In this document: piece after piece, positions 46,484 through 60,360 of the stretch
How the letters are laid out: each line of letters begins with the position of its first letter
How positions within the stretch are numbered: position 1 is the stretch's first letter
Assembly (NCBI RefSeq): GCF_009914755.1
Contig: NC_060945.1
DNA from: the human T2T-CHM13v2.0 reference genome, Homo sapiens
DNA length: 64,000 nucleotides
Strand: one strand, 5' to 3'
Made by a program: the position numbers and the translations under genes
Notes under the pieces: model-generated
What the model was told of the DNA's origin: nothing
Seen by the model: the letters and a program-made list of their open reading frames with translations, nothing else
Database searches by the model: none

Positions 46484-46776
46484 TTTTTAAGTTTACCTTT
46501 TAGACTTTTAGAGATTATTTTCCAGCTAGTTAAATCACTCTCTAAAAAGAATTCCTTTGACATACAAACCCGAAGAGTTCTTATGGTGGCCTGGTGATGG
46601 TTTTTAGTACCTGCCGGTTCCCTTCTCACTTCCTGTGATGGCCATTACAATCTTTTGTACTCTAGTTAGTATTCTGTCTCATACTAAATCCCTTCACTCT
46701 CAACAGGCAGCCTTAAATTTTTCCATGTAGACAATACTGAGATCCCAGCCTTGTACTCTTTAAACTTCCCTTCTTT
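46484..46776. repeat. Source copy of a ~290 bp local duplication (second copy at 47204-47491)
   Basis: Direct alignment at offset ~720 gives about 18 substitutions and 2 indels. Confidence 0.95.
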
Positions 46777-47154
46777 CCTCCTTTAGATAGCTTTCTTTCG
46801 TTCTTCCCACTTATGAATTTAGCATCCCTGATTCAGAAATCTGAGATCTGAAATGGTCCCAATCCAAAACTGTTTTAGCCCTGACATGACGCCACAGTGG
46901 AAAATTTTATACCTGAATTCAGGTGATGGGTTGCAGACAAAACTTTCTTCCGTGCACAAGATTATTAAAAATAGTGTATATAATTACCTTCAGGCTATGT
47001 GTTTGTGTCGCAGACAAAACTTTCTTCTGTGCACAAAATTATTAAAAATAGTGTATATAATTACCTTCAGGCTATGTGCATAAGGTGTATATGAAAAGTA
47101 AAATGAATTTCATCTTTATACTTGGGTCCCAATCCAAAGATATCTCATTATGTA

Positions 47155-47834
47155 CAGTCACATGTCACTTAATGACAGTTATACATTCTGAGAAGTGATT
47201 TTTTTTTTGAGTTTACCTTTTAGGCTTTTATAGATTATTTTCTAGCCAGTTAAATCACTCTCTAAAAAGAATTCCTTTGACATACAAACCCAAGGAGATC
47301 TTATGGTGGCCTGGTGATGGTTTTTAGTAATTGCCAGCTCCTTTCTCACTTCCTGTGATGGCCATTACAATCTTTGGTACTCTAGTTAGTATTCTTATAC
47401 TAAATCCCTTCACTCTCAATGGGCAGCCTTAAATTTTCCATGTAGACAATACTGAGACCCCAGCCTTGTACTCTTTAAACTTTCCTTCTTTTTTTTTGAG
47501 ACAGCGTCTCACTCTGTCGCCCAGGCTGGAGTGCAATTGTTGGGCGATTTTGTAGCTGTGCAAACATCACAGAGTGTACTTACATGAACCTAGATATCTT
47601 AGCCTACTACACACCTAGGCTACCTGGTATAGCCTATTGCTCCTAGGCCACAAACCTGTATAGCTTGTTACTGTATTGAATACCGTGGACTATTATAGCC
47701 CAATGTTAAGCATTTTTGTGTCTAAACATGACAAAAATAGAAAAGGTACAGTAAAAATATAATATAGTGTTCTGGGACCACTGTTGTATAAACGCATTCT
47801 GTTCCTAAACAAAATGTTATATGACACGTGACTG
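47155..47834. mobile_element. Tigger3a (MER7A)-like element with an internal chimeric insertion at 47199-47536
   Basis: TIRs cagtcacatgtcac and atgacacgtgactg; TA duplication at 47153-47154 and 47835-47836; internal agcctactacacacctaggcta. Confidence 0.85.
47489..47536 (-). mobile_element. Alu 3' tip (~40 nt plus T-tract)
   Basis: tttttttttgagacagcgtctcactctgtcgcccaggctggagtgcaa. Confidence 0.9.
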
Positions 47835-48257
47835 TATATGCAAATATTTGAAAATCTGAGAAAAATCTGAAATCCAAAAGACTTCTGATCCCAAGCATTT
47901 CAGATAAGGGATACACAACCAATATGAGATTTTTTTTTCTTTTTATTGTGTCTTGAATTAATCTTGGATTAACCAATCACCTGCCCCTGAAGCTAACTCC
48001 ATTATCATTTACCCTCTTCTTAGCAATGATAACATCTTTCCTCTGGACTCCCTTCTAAGATCACAGCTTTCTACATTTTAACTCACCTGCTCAAGTACTT
48101 CTAACTCAGCCCACTGTGACCTCCCACGGATTGATGACACTTCCCTGAGTAATCATCAGTACCTCTGGTCTGTCTCCAATTCCATTGTTTTCCTGATCCA
48201 TCTCGTTAATCATTCCCTTGCAAACAGTCCTCAACCTCCACGCCTCTTTACCTGTAC

Positions 48258-48410
48258 TTTGGCTTCCTCATCTGTAAAATGGGGATAATAGAAGTGCCTA
48301 TTTCATGGGGTAGGAGGGTGAGGGTTTAATGAATTTATAGAAAATGCTTGAAACAATGTCTGGTACATAGTTAGCCTTGCATAGGTGATTATAATAATGA
48401 GGCTGATTAT
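48258..48410 (+). mobile_element. MIR
   Basis: ttcctcatctgtaaaatggggataatag through aatgtctggtacatagt. Confidence 0.75.
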
Positions 48411-48673
48411 TGCTACTACTTAGGAGCTTCAATTGCCTCTCAATTGCCTATAGTGATAAGACTTGAACTCCTCATCTTGGCATTCATGCTTTTTCTTTCC
48501 TACCCTCATCTTCTTTACTCCCACTCCATATACCCCATGCCACTGCATTTTGAGTCTCTCCTTTCTTAAAAGACCGTTTCATATCTCTGTGCCTTTGCGT
48601 CTTCTGTTTCTTCTTCTTAGAATGACTTCTAGTACTCCTTTGTCTAGCTCATTTCAGTTGATCCATTAAGACC

Positions 48674-49170
48674 TGCATTAGTTATCTATTGCTGCATAAC
48701 AAGTTAGCCCCAAAATTAGTGATGTAAAACAACGGTAAATATTTATCTCATGCAATGGTCCAGGAATTCAAAATTGGCTTGGCTTGGTGGTTCTGGCTGA
48801 GGGTGTCTTGTGCAGTTGTAGTTAATTTGAAGGTTTGGTGCTAGCTTTGGGGTTCTGCTTTGAGAAGGTGAAGTTCTGCTTTGAGGATTGCTCTCTCACA
48901 TGGCTGGCAAGCTGGTTGGCTGTTGTCAGGAGGTCTCAGTTTCTCAATGAGTAGACTGCTTCTTAGGGCTGTTGAGTATTCTTACAACATGGAGGCTGGC
49001 TTTTCTTAGAGCAAGGGGAGTGCAAGTAGAAGTAGAAATCTCTTTTATGGCCTACTCTTGGATTCCACACACTGTCATTTCCTCAGTATTCTACTAGTCA
49101 TCCAGGCAAGCCCTGACTCACTGTGGGATGGGACTCTACAGAGGCTTGAAAGCCAGGAAGCCAGACTGCT
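48674..49170 (-). mobile_element. Old MLT1 (F-like) LTR within an L2 relic
   Basis: tgcattagttatctattgctgcataacaa, ctctcacatggctggcaagctgg and cacacactgtcatttcctcagtattcta. Confidence 0.7.
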
Positions 49171-49466
49171 GGGGTCCAACAACTTTTCTGAGATCTTCTC
49201 TCATTACCCGAGGCAGATTTGTTTACATTTATCTTTTTGGTGCCTCCGTGAAAGCACTTGTAGTGTTCTGGAGTTTATTTGTGTGCTTGCTGTTTACATC
49301 TGCCTTCTTCACAAAATTAAGAATAATGGGAAGGCAGAGGCTATGCAGTTTCATGTCTGTTTCCCCTGGCCCTATTTGTAGCCCCAAAGTGGAGATCCAA
49401 CAGGTGCAGATTTCATTGAATCAAATCATTACATATTTCTGTTCAGGATTGAAAATCTATCTTCTA

Positions 49467-49779
<313 letters not shown>

Positions 49780-50694
49780 CTAAAATGAAAAACGCTGTGT
49801 AGTCACTGTTGCTTTTTTTCATCTTGAGACTAAATTATATTATGTACTCACAATTCCTCTTCATTTTTTTTAGAAAGAAAAGCTTCCATTATGTTCAGGT
49901 TATTACTTGAGTGAAAACCTATAATTTTCCTTTCCTGTGAAAAAGAGCCAATCTTCTAGTACATGATATTGTCTACCTTCATTTTGTACAGCTCAAGTGA
50001 GATTGGTTGGGTGAGGTCTCTCCCACAAAACAACTATTTTGTCCAGTTCACTGCAAAAGCTCAATCTTCCTTTTCTACTTGAGACTTTGTGAAATTACAG
50101 TTTCATTTATTTTTAAAAAAGATAAAAAGTAAAGAGTGATGGAAGTTCTGTGGTCAGGTATTTTCTAGACATGTTTTATCAAAGAGTAGAACAAGCAAAT
50201 AATGTGTTTCTCTTGAGCCTTCAAATGCTAAAACTAATCACCTGAATAAGAATAGGTCTGAGATTTAATTCTAGTGATCAGGATTGGAAGTATACTCTCA
50301 AGCTTTTACCTTTCACTCTAGTGAGCTGAAGTGAATTCATTTTCAAACCTGAACACCTGTTTACATAACACAGCCTTAACTTAAAGACGCAATTTACTTT
50401 TGCAAAAGAAGAAGCAGGACTACAATTCATCCATTCAGTTACTCAACAAATATTTATCAAATACCTAATATGCACTCAGATGGGTTTGTTAGTTTTCCCA
50501 AATTTGAATATTACATAGGTCCACTTTAACTTACATTTCACATTGGCAAAGAGAAAAACAAAATGCACCTTGCAGAATTTTCACTGTGTGCTTCTTTCTG
50601 TCTTGATTTTCTTTCTCTCACTGTATTCTAGACTTATTTTTCAGGATTAGTTTCAAAGCTCTCCCTATTAAGACATACCTTGCAGTCCAACATT

Positions 50695-51151
50695 ATGTAG
50701 GGGAGATATGATGAGTAGATTCATTCAAGAGTACCCTCTTCCATGCCTTTCTGTACTATAGAAGCCTCTAAGAGAAGTACCTGTGTCATCAGCTTCCCTT
50801 GTAGATAGAAGTGGCCATGTGGCAGAGTGTAGATTAATGAATTATAGGGAAAATTACTGCAAAAAGCAGCGATTTGCCTTCTTTTTCCTCTCTTTCTTCC
50901 TGCTTGCAATGACAAATAATGCTAGGTAGGACAAAGAGCCTCTTTGTGACTCCGAGGACAATAGTCCCACACTAAAGATGGCAGAGCTGGGAAATAGAAG
51001 GACCCTGGTTCTTTGATAATATTATTAAAAAAATACAGCAGCCCAGACCATCTCCTTCTTGATTTTTCTACATTACAAAAATAAATTCTTTAAGCAACTA
51101 TATATTGAGTTTTCTGTTACTTGTAGCTGAATGAATACATTTAACTGATAT
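50695..51151 (+). mobile_element. Old MLT1 (J-like) LTR
   Basis: ttcccttgtagatagaagtggccatgtggcagag, aagatggcagagc and ttctgttacttgtagctgaa...aactgata. Confidence 0.65.
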
Positions 51152-51684
51152 ACTCTTTAATTACATTCACTCCAGACTTTGTTGAATTTAAAGTGCACTC
51201 TCTTTAAGTTTAGGGTGTTGGAAAAAGCCCAGTGGGTTGGATATCCTCCCATACTCCTTCCTGTCCCTCCCCCCTTTCTTCCTTACCTCCTTCCGCTTTA
51301 AATTCTACTGTTAGACTACAACTAGAACTTAATGTAATAAATTCCTCTGAATTTTTCTCTTGAATATGTTATGTATTTAAAAAGATGTCTATAATTATGT
51401 ATGATATTTTCCTAAAGCCTTATATAATCCTCTAAAAGAGTATGCTTGCCATCTGTATGGCTTCATGGTTGATTTTCTGTCATGTGGGAAAGATGAATCT
51501 CCAAGACTTAGTTAAAGGTTTCACAGAATAAATATGAATAAATATACAAACATATTTTCAAAATACTTTGTGTTCACACATACTTTGTGTGTATAGCATT
51601 GCCTATTGTTTTCTCTGGAGATAATAAGTTGATATTTGTTGACTATTTGTCCAAATAGTAGTGAATCTTGGTGGTGTACAATAA

Positions 51685-52045
<361 letters not shown>

Positions 52046-52767
52046 TAATCTTATGATTTCTAAATAGAAATAAAAATATTTGACTTAGTCTCCCTAGTAG
52101 GTTGTTGTGAAACTCAAAAAAGGAAATAGATTGGAATAATGTACTATATAAATGCAAAATATACTATTATTAATTGTTACTAAAAATTCCAGAGTATGAA
52201 TGCCAACATTGCTTCAAATTAGGGTTATTTATTTGCTATGCATAAGCATAGATTTTAATGTTTTCCTATACTTTCCATTTGGAGGGTTAAGTCAGTGAGG
52301 ACATTAAAGATTGAAGGGAAAACATACATGTTTCCCCCACTCTACTTCCAGCTCCATTTCGGAGGTGAATTTCTTGCTGAAATTAGTGTGCGGGGCAGAC
52401 AAAGCATGGTGAAAACATTAGCCTATTCCTTTCCAGGCTATGATTAGTCTACTAAGAAAATCTACCTCTTGTGAAGTCTCCAGCTTTCAGGAATTACCAC
52501 GAGAGAAAAATGTTCTGGGGGAGAGACGGTCTCTCACAAAATGAATGCATTGAACATATTCACCTGTATTAGGAAATAGAGAAGCAAGGATACCAGTTCA
52601 AAGGCAATGAAACCAGCCATAATCATATAAGAAGCCAAAACATCAAAAGAGAAAACTTTCTTGCTAATTTTTCACTGCTTCAATGATACATTCTAGCAAG
52701 GTATGTGGGGAAGAAAAAACAAGTCTGGAGTTGGCACTCCCCGCAGCTGAAGTTTCTCTAAGTAGAC

Positions 52768-53163
52768 TGTGATGGTTAATTTTATGTGTCAACTTGACTG
52801 GGTTAAGGGATACCCTGATAGCTGGTGAAACATTATTTCTGATTGTGCCTATGAGGGTGCTTCTGAAAGATATAAGCATTTAAATTAGTAGACTGAATAA
52901 AGAAGAGCTGGCCTCACCAATGTGGGCAGACATCATCCAATCTATTGAGGTCCCAGCCAAACAGAGGCCTTCGACTGCGAGTTACATCAACTCCCCTGGC
53001 ACTTAGGCCTTCGAACTGGCCTTTCTTGGTTCTCCAGCTTATGGACAGCAGATCATGGGACCTCTCAGCCTCCCTAACTATGTGAGTCAGTTCTCATCAT
53101 AAATCCCTTATAAATCTATATATCTTATTGATTTTGTTTTTCTGGAGAATGCTGGCTAATACA
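52768..53163 (+). mobile_element. ERVL solo LTR MLT2 (B/C/D-like)
   Basis: Starts tgtgatggttaattttatgtgtcaacttgactgggttaaggg and ends ctggagaatgctggctaataca; TSD tagac/taggc. Confidence 0.9.
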
Positions 53164-53799
53164 TAGGCTATAAAAAAGAAGTATATTCAAGATAGAGGTC
53201 TTACATGTTGACCCCAAAATCATATAGATACAAGTGCTTCCTGGAGGACAGGGAAAGCCAGCATGTGACCTGACTTACAACACTGTTAAGTCTGGAGAAG
53301 AATAGAATTTCCTCTTTTACAATGTGTATTCCAAAGCCTCATGACCTCTGCCTGAAAAATCTGCTTTTATGTAGGGTCTCTCTGGCCTATGAATAAATTA
53401 TTATTCATATCATTTATTCAGATAATTTTACACTGGGTTGCCAGTGGATAAAGTAAGTTTTTTGTTATTAGTCATGCTTATTTTTGTGTTAAGTGTATGT
53501 ATATGGACTTAGAATGTGGTATACTAAGAAATCTAGCAGGGCTTTACAGGAGAATATATTTAACTGGATCATCCTTTCAGATAGTTCCTATAGTTTATCT
53601 TATTTAAAAATAAAATATTATATATTTTTCATAGGTTACATTTTAAAAACATGTCTATTAAAAGATTAAATCACTATATGTCAATTGAATAAGTGATTTT
53701 TAATGAAATTAAGCTCCATTCATTTCAAACTCTAATATATTTACATTTAAATTGCATTTCAGAAACAATGAAAAAAACTGTCTGAACAATATATTATGA

Positions 53800-54145
<346 letters not shown>

Positions 54146-54250
54146 TATTTTACTTAATTTCTTCTTCCAAATTCCATTCTTACAGCTGATCTCTTCCCTG
54201 GTTTGGGCCACTGTAAAGATTTGCTTTTTCATGTAGACCTCATACAAGAG

Positions 54251-54651
54251 TGTATTAGTCTGTTTTCATGCTGCTTCATAATTTATCCATGCTTCATAAA
54301 TTATCCATGACTGGATAATAATTTATCATGCTTCATAAATTATCCATGACTGGATAATTTATAAAGAAAAAGAGGTTTAATGGACCCACAGTTCCATGTG
54401 ACTGAGAAAGCCTCACAATCATGGTGAAAGGCACCTCTTCCACGGCAGGCAAGAGAGAATGAGAGCCAAGTGAAATGGGAAACCCCTTATAAAACCATCA
54501 GATCTTGTGAGACTTATTCATGAGAACTGTATGGGGGACACCACACCCATGATTCAGTTATCTCTCACTGGCTGTCTCCCACAACATGTGGGAATTATTG
54601 GAGCTACAGTTCAAGATGATATTTGGGTGGGGACACAGCCAAACCATATCA
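54251..54651 (-). mobile_element. THE1-type solo LTR with an internal hairpin/duplication scar
   Basis: Runs from tgtattagtctgttttcatgctgc to ggacacagccaaaccatatca; TSD aagag/cagag. Confidence 0.9.
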
Positions 54652-55381
54652 CAGAGTATGCATGTTCTTGCTCAAAGGAAAGAACCTAAACATTCTTTAC
54701 TCATAATATGATATTTGGAGCAGCTTCATAGTAGATTTTTGTACTTTAGCATCGGGATGTCTCAGTGTTTGTTAACAACTAATAAATGCTCCGTATAGGT
54801 TAACAGGAATGCTTAGACTATAAAAATTGAAGAGAACCAACCTCACTTCAATTATTATTGTTTTTTACATGTAAAGGATTGTGTCTTTAGTAAATATCTT
54901 TTCTATAAGTCACTATAAAGTTTACATATTTTCTTATGAGTCCTCAGTTCTCTCAGACAGTGGCTGGTGAATAAACAATACTCCACAGGAAAGAATAAGT
55001 TATGATTTTGGGGGGCTGAATCAAACTCTTCCCAGATAACCTACACAAAATAAAATTATAATGACTGAATACATCTAAACAATTTATCATAATTGATAAC
55101 TGGTTTTTAAGAAATTGACTAGATTCAGTTGGCTTTTAACATAGAATGTTATTTGACTAACAGAATCAATTATTTTTCTTCCCAAAGTGACTTGGGATAT
55201 TTGGGTATAATTTTTGTGACTGCCATAAAAGCTAGACTTGGAATTAGGGGACTCTATATTAAACTAGAAGAGAAAGTTTTGACCCCAAGAATAGTGATAA
55301 TATTTGAATCATGCATGCTTCTTTTTAATTTTTAATTATTTATGCATTAATTGAGTATGCAATTCACCGCATATGCCAGTA

Positions 55382-56693
55382 TTTTTTTTTAATTATACTT
55401 TAAGTTCTGGGGTACATGTGCAGAACGTGCAGTTTTGTTACATAGGTATACACGTGCCATGGTGGTTTGCTGCACCCATCAACCCGTTATCTACGTTAGG
55501 TATTTCTCCTAATGCTATCCCTCCCCTAGCTCCCCAGCCCCCACAGGCCCTGGTGTGTGATGTTCCCCTTCCTGTGTCCATGTGTTCTCATTGTTCAACT
55601 CCCACTTATAAGTGAGAACATGTGGGGTTTGGTTTTCTGATCTTGTGACAGTTTGCTGAGAATGATGGTTTCCAGCTTCATCCATGTCTCTGCAAAGGAT
55701 GTGAACTCATCCTTTTTCATGGCTGCATAGTATTCCATGGTGTATATGTGCCACATTTTCTTAATCCAGACTATCATTGATGAACATTCGGGTTGGTTCC
55801 AAGTCTTTGCTATTGTGAATAGTGCTGCAATAAACATATGTGTGCATGTGTCTTTATTGTAGAATAATATATAATCCTTTGGGTATATACCCAGTAATGG
55901 AATTGCTGGGGCAAATGGTATTTCTAGTTCTAGATCCTTGAAGAATTGCCACACTGTCTTCCACAATGGTTGAACTAATTTATATTCCCACCAACAGTGT
56001 AAAAGTGTTCCCATTTTTCCACAGCCTCTCCAGCATCTGTTGTTTCCTGACTTTTTAATGATCACCAATCTAACTGGCGTGAGATGGTATCTCATTATGG
56101 TTTTGATTTGCATTTCTCTAACGACCAGTGGTGATGAGCATTTTTTCATGTGTCTGTTGGCTGCATAAATGTCTTCTTTTGAGAAGCGTCTGTTCGTATC
56201 CTTTGCCCATTTTTTGATGGGGTTTTTGCTTTTTTCTTGTAAATTTGTTTAAGTTCTTTGTAGATTCTGGATATATTAGCCCTTTGTCAGATGGATAGAT
56301 TGCAAAAATTTTCTCCCATTCTGTAGGTTTTCTCTTCACTCTGATGATAGTTTCTTTTGCTGTGCGGAAGCTCTTTGGTTTAATTAGATCCCATTTGTCA
56401 ATTTTGGCTTTTGTTGCCATTGCTTTTGGGGTTTTAGTCATGAAGTCTTTGCCCATGCCTGTGTCCTGAATGATATTGCCCAGGTTTTCTTCTAGGATTT
56501 TTATGGTCCTAGGTCTTAGGTTTAAGTCTTTGATCCATCTTGAGTTGATTTTTGTATAAGGTGTAAGGAAGGGGTCCAGTTTCAGTTTTCTGCCTATGGC
56601 TAGCCAGTTTTCCCAACACCATTTATTAAATAGGGAATCTTTTCCCCATTGCCTGTGTGTGTCAGGCTTGTCAAAGATCAGATGGTGGTAGAT
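55382..56693 (-). mobile_element. 5'-truncated L1PA (PA7-like)
   Basis: ORFs 56118-56849 (partly) and 55595-56149 give the ORF2 C-terminus, including the Cys-rich [17 protein letters not shown]-tail at left. Confidence 0.95.
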
Positions 56694-58781
56694 CACACAT
56701 GCTTCTTTTGTCAACTTCAGATCTCTTGTTATATTCTTGGTGATGATGATGTCAGTTTTACTAATTACGTCAAATCTGAGGTTCCAAAGCAGCTTTAAGA
56801 GAGACTGATATCTATGTGTGACTGCTTCTCTACTTCTGCAATGGAACATTTCAAGTTGTTGTTTTAAGAAATTCCTAAAATAGAATTTTACCCTACTGAT
56901 TTATTTACCTCATTGAAGGTAGAACTCAATGGCTAGTTTTTTTTTCCCGGCATAAACATGCACACACAGTTAGATAACTTTATGACACTTTTTTTTTCAC
57001 TCAACAAAAAGTTACTGAACTTATGCTAGGCCCTTGGCCCTTGGCAAGATTCTGGGAATATAAATACAAATAAGACCTGGTGCTTGCCCTTAAAGAACTC
57101 ATTGTTTAGCAGAGGAAACAGACACTTAAATGGTTGACCATAATATGCAATAATAAGTGTTGTAAAGTATGAACAAAGTGCTAGTCATTAAGAGTAACAG
57201 CCGTAAAGCCATATGTAGTTTTAGCTATATATAGATATAGCTCTGAGACATGAATACACATTAAATTCTTTCAAAAAAAAATCCCAGGAGGCTGAACAAT
57301 GTTATACAATGATGCTTAACATTTTTTTTGGAACACATGCCCTCCACAAGGCACATATTAATTGTCTACACTCAACAGAATTCAAAATAAAATAGTTATA
57401 AAAATAGAACAATGAGAAAAAGAACAGAGAAGTCTCTGTAATTTTGCAATAGGTGGAGGTAAGATGAGGGTAACTAAAGAGACAGTGTTTTAGGTAGCCA
57501 TATGGGTAGAAACCTAGACAAAGGCAAGTGAAAGATAGAGACTATTGATCTTGGCAGGGAAGGTACAGTCATCGTGATGTCTGATGGTCTTGCCAAAAGC
57601 TACAATTTCATGGCTCAGTAGGATTAGTTGGGCAGGAGAGTTTGAAGATACATATATAAAGCTTTAGAAGAGAGGGAGTTATATATTTTTGAAGATAGTA
57701 GATAAGTAACATTAGGACATCTGAGCAGATTGTAACATTTTCTGTGGACTATTGAATTTTTCACTGTCTACATTTAGTGGATTTTTAGAGGACGGGGCAA
57801 AATATGTTATCACGTCTAATCCATAAATAAGATATGGACAATCCTTTGCAGAATATCAACCGTTGCTTCACATTGTCGTTGAAGACAACTGCATGAATAC
57901 TAGTCTTTGTTGCTAGCTGTGATGAATAATAGCTAAGAAAAATACAGAACCCCCAAAACACAGTCTCTGTGTTTCTTGACATCCATGATGAGCAGCATGA
58001 GAAAAGGTGGCATGAATGGCTGCTATAAGGGCTTCCTAGTTCTCATGCTATGTCCCACAAACTATGATTTTAAATTAAAGATTAATTTCTTTGGTTTTTG
58101 CATACCAGGAAAGTCACATTTTCCTCAGTATACAAATAGCCCTGTCCTAATCCTGTAAGTTTGGGAAAGAAAAGTTAAAGGGGGAGGTGGGAATGTGATA
58201 AGACAATTCATCCATTCATTCATTTATTCAACAAACATTCATTTTGGAAGGTTCAATGGCATGTAGGTCTCAATGGAGTCAAACATTTCTGGATGTAAAT
58301 AACTAGAGAAGGGGGTTGGTAATGATGGGAGATGGTGATTGGAAGAAAAGTGATTGTTGAAGTGAGATTGTGAGTGGAGTGTTGTTATTGGCAATCACAA
58401 GACCTAGGGCAGTGCCTTCTAGTATTTTTTTTTCTATTGTGGTGCATATAGAAAGTGAAAATATTTATATAGCATATCTGGCTGGGGGCTTTAGGTGCTC
58501 CCATCCTGCTCAGCATCTGTGAGGGGCCAAAGAGCTCAACACCTCATGGACATGAGTTGGAGAGTTTGCTTGGTGCTATGACCATGGGAGTGGATGGCTG
58601 GGCCAGAATGATGAACCAGGAACTGAGAGGCCAAGGTGTTGGAAAGCTTACACACATAGAAATCAATCACCAAGGATTAATGACAGAGGTCATGTAGGAG
58701 ACAGCAACAGGACTCAATCAAAAAATAAGATCTTCAAAGAGGGCTGCAGACAACAGCAACAAGGAAGGATTGCTGTCTGAT

Positions 58782-59169
58782 TGTATTAGTCTGCTGGGGC
58801 TGCCTTAACAAATACCACAGGCTAGGTGGCTTAAACAACAGACATTTATTTTCTCACAGTTCTGGAGTCTAGAAGTCCAAGATCTAGGTGTTGGCAGGGT
58901 TGGTTCCTTCTGGGACCTTTCTCCTTGACTTGTAGATGGCTGTCTTCTCCCCTTTTCTTCCCAGGATCTTTCCTCTGTGTATGTTTGTGTCCTAATCTCC
59001 TCTTCTTATAAGGACATGAGTAATATTGGAGTAAGGCCCACTCTAATCATCTCATTTAACCTTAACCACCTCTTTAAATATCCCATATCCAAATCACATT
59101 CTATGGTACTGGGAGTTAGGACTTCAGCATATGAATTTGAGGGTGGGGGACATGATTCAGTTTATAACA
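58782..59169 (-). mobile_element. MLT1B-like solo LTR inside an L2 relic
   Basis: Runs from tgtattagtctgctggggctgccttaacaaataccacagg to gattcagtttataaca. Confidence 0.88.
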
Positions 59170-60049
59170 GCAATGATATGAGCCTTAAGGTTGGGGAGGG
59201 TATAGGGAAGAGGGAGGGAGAATTCTCTGAAAGGGGCAATAAAGAGCAACAAGGCCACCTACTCCACCTCCAGACCTAGGAGGGAAAATAGCCATCGCTA
59301 AAGAGGGAAGCAAAGAAAACCATATCCTCGGGGGAACAAAAAGGTGAAGGGAAGATTAGGAGAAGAGGGTGACATTCTAGGGGATTTTATGCCTGGGAAT
59401 ATGGTGACACATCTCACACTTTTCTGACTCATCCATGTTGCATGTAGACACAAAATACACCTAGGAAATGGAATGTCTTATATGTGCTTGTGAAAAGTCT
59501 TCTTCTGCTCCTCCACCCAGGCTCATTCAGGGAGTCTCTTCCTTCCCAGGGCCCCTGAGAGTTACACTTTGCACCATCTCAATGGTGCAGTTCTCTATAA
59601 ATATGCTGATATCTGCACTTTCTGAAGCTTTCAAGGTGTAAAAATAGTGTTGTTTCCTCCTTTTGTGCACAATGAGCCTGAATCACACTGGGCTTCTTAA
59701 AGAAATGGGGGTAGACCCCTCCTCTGCTTGGAAATGTGCTTTGTCCCCTGGACCTTAGTCTCAGGGGCCCCTTGTGAAAACAGTGCCTTCCTCCATCTTT
59801 GGCCTGTTGCAGCTCCATTCATTTCTTGCAGGAGTGGTCTCTGCACCCAGGCTGGATAACAGACACGGTATAGTCCTCCTCAGTGGTTCTCTTTTTCTCC
59901 AGGTCATTATCTCTGTCTCTTAGGTGAACATGAAGCCTTTAGGGCAAATTAAATCATAAAGACTGAGATATCTTGGGCCTACAACCAGTTCATCAAGCAT
60001 ATATAGTGCTTGATCCCTAACAGCAGATCCAGCTTGCTCCTCTGCTTGG

Positions 60050-60360
60050 TCTCTGTTCCCCTGCTACCCTCTTTCCACCACTCAGGTCTCAGTCAAACAC
60101 TACCCCTTCTCCAAAAGACCTTTCCTGACCACTTTGCTGAAAGAAGTACCCCACTTCCCCTCCACAGTCATTCTCTATCACAGGAACCCACTTTATTATC
60201 TCCCTGTGACAGTCGTTCTCTGGAATTATTTTGCATTTTTCTTGCTCACGTTCCATGACCCTCGCCCCATTAGGATAGCTCTTGTGTCTGGTTCATCAGT
60301 GCCTAGAACAGTGCTTATCACATGTTATTTGTTCAACAAATATTTATCAGATGAATAAAT
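60050..60360 (+). mobile_element. L2 3' fragment
   Basis: cactcaggtctcagtcaaac, agtgcctagaacagtgc and tcaacaaatatttatcagatgaataaat. Confidence 0.7.

Larger units (their letters stand above)
46814..47922. mobile_element. Tigger4 (MER46/Zombi)-like element hosting Tigger3a
   Basis: agcatccctgattcagaaatctgagatctgaaatg, gatatctcattatgta|tatgcaaatatt and cccaagcatttcagataagggatacacaacc. Confidence 0.8.

Noticed and set aside
55595-56849. 184-aa and 243-aa ORFs
   Set aside because: They are the frameshifted ORF2 C-terminus of a truncated L1PA, with an N-terminus from flanking DNA.
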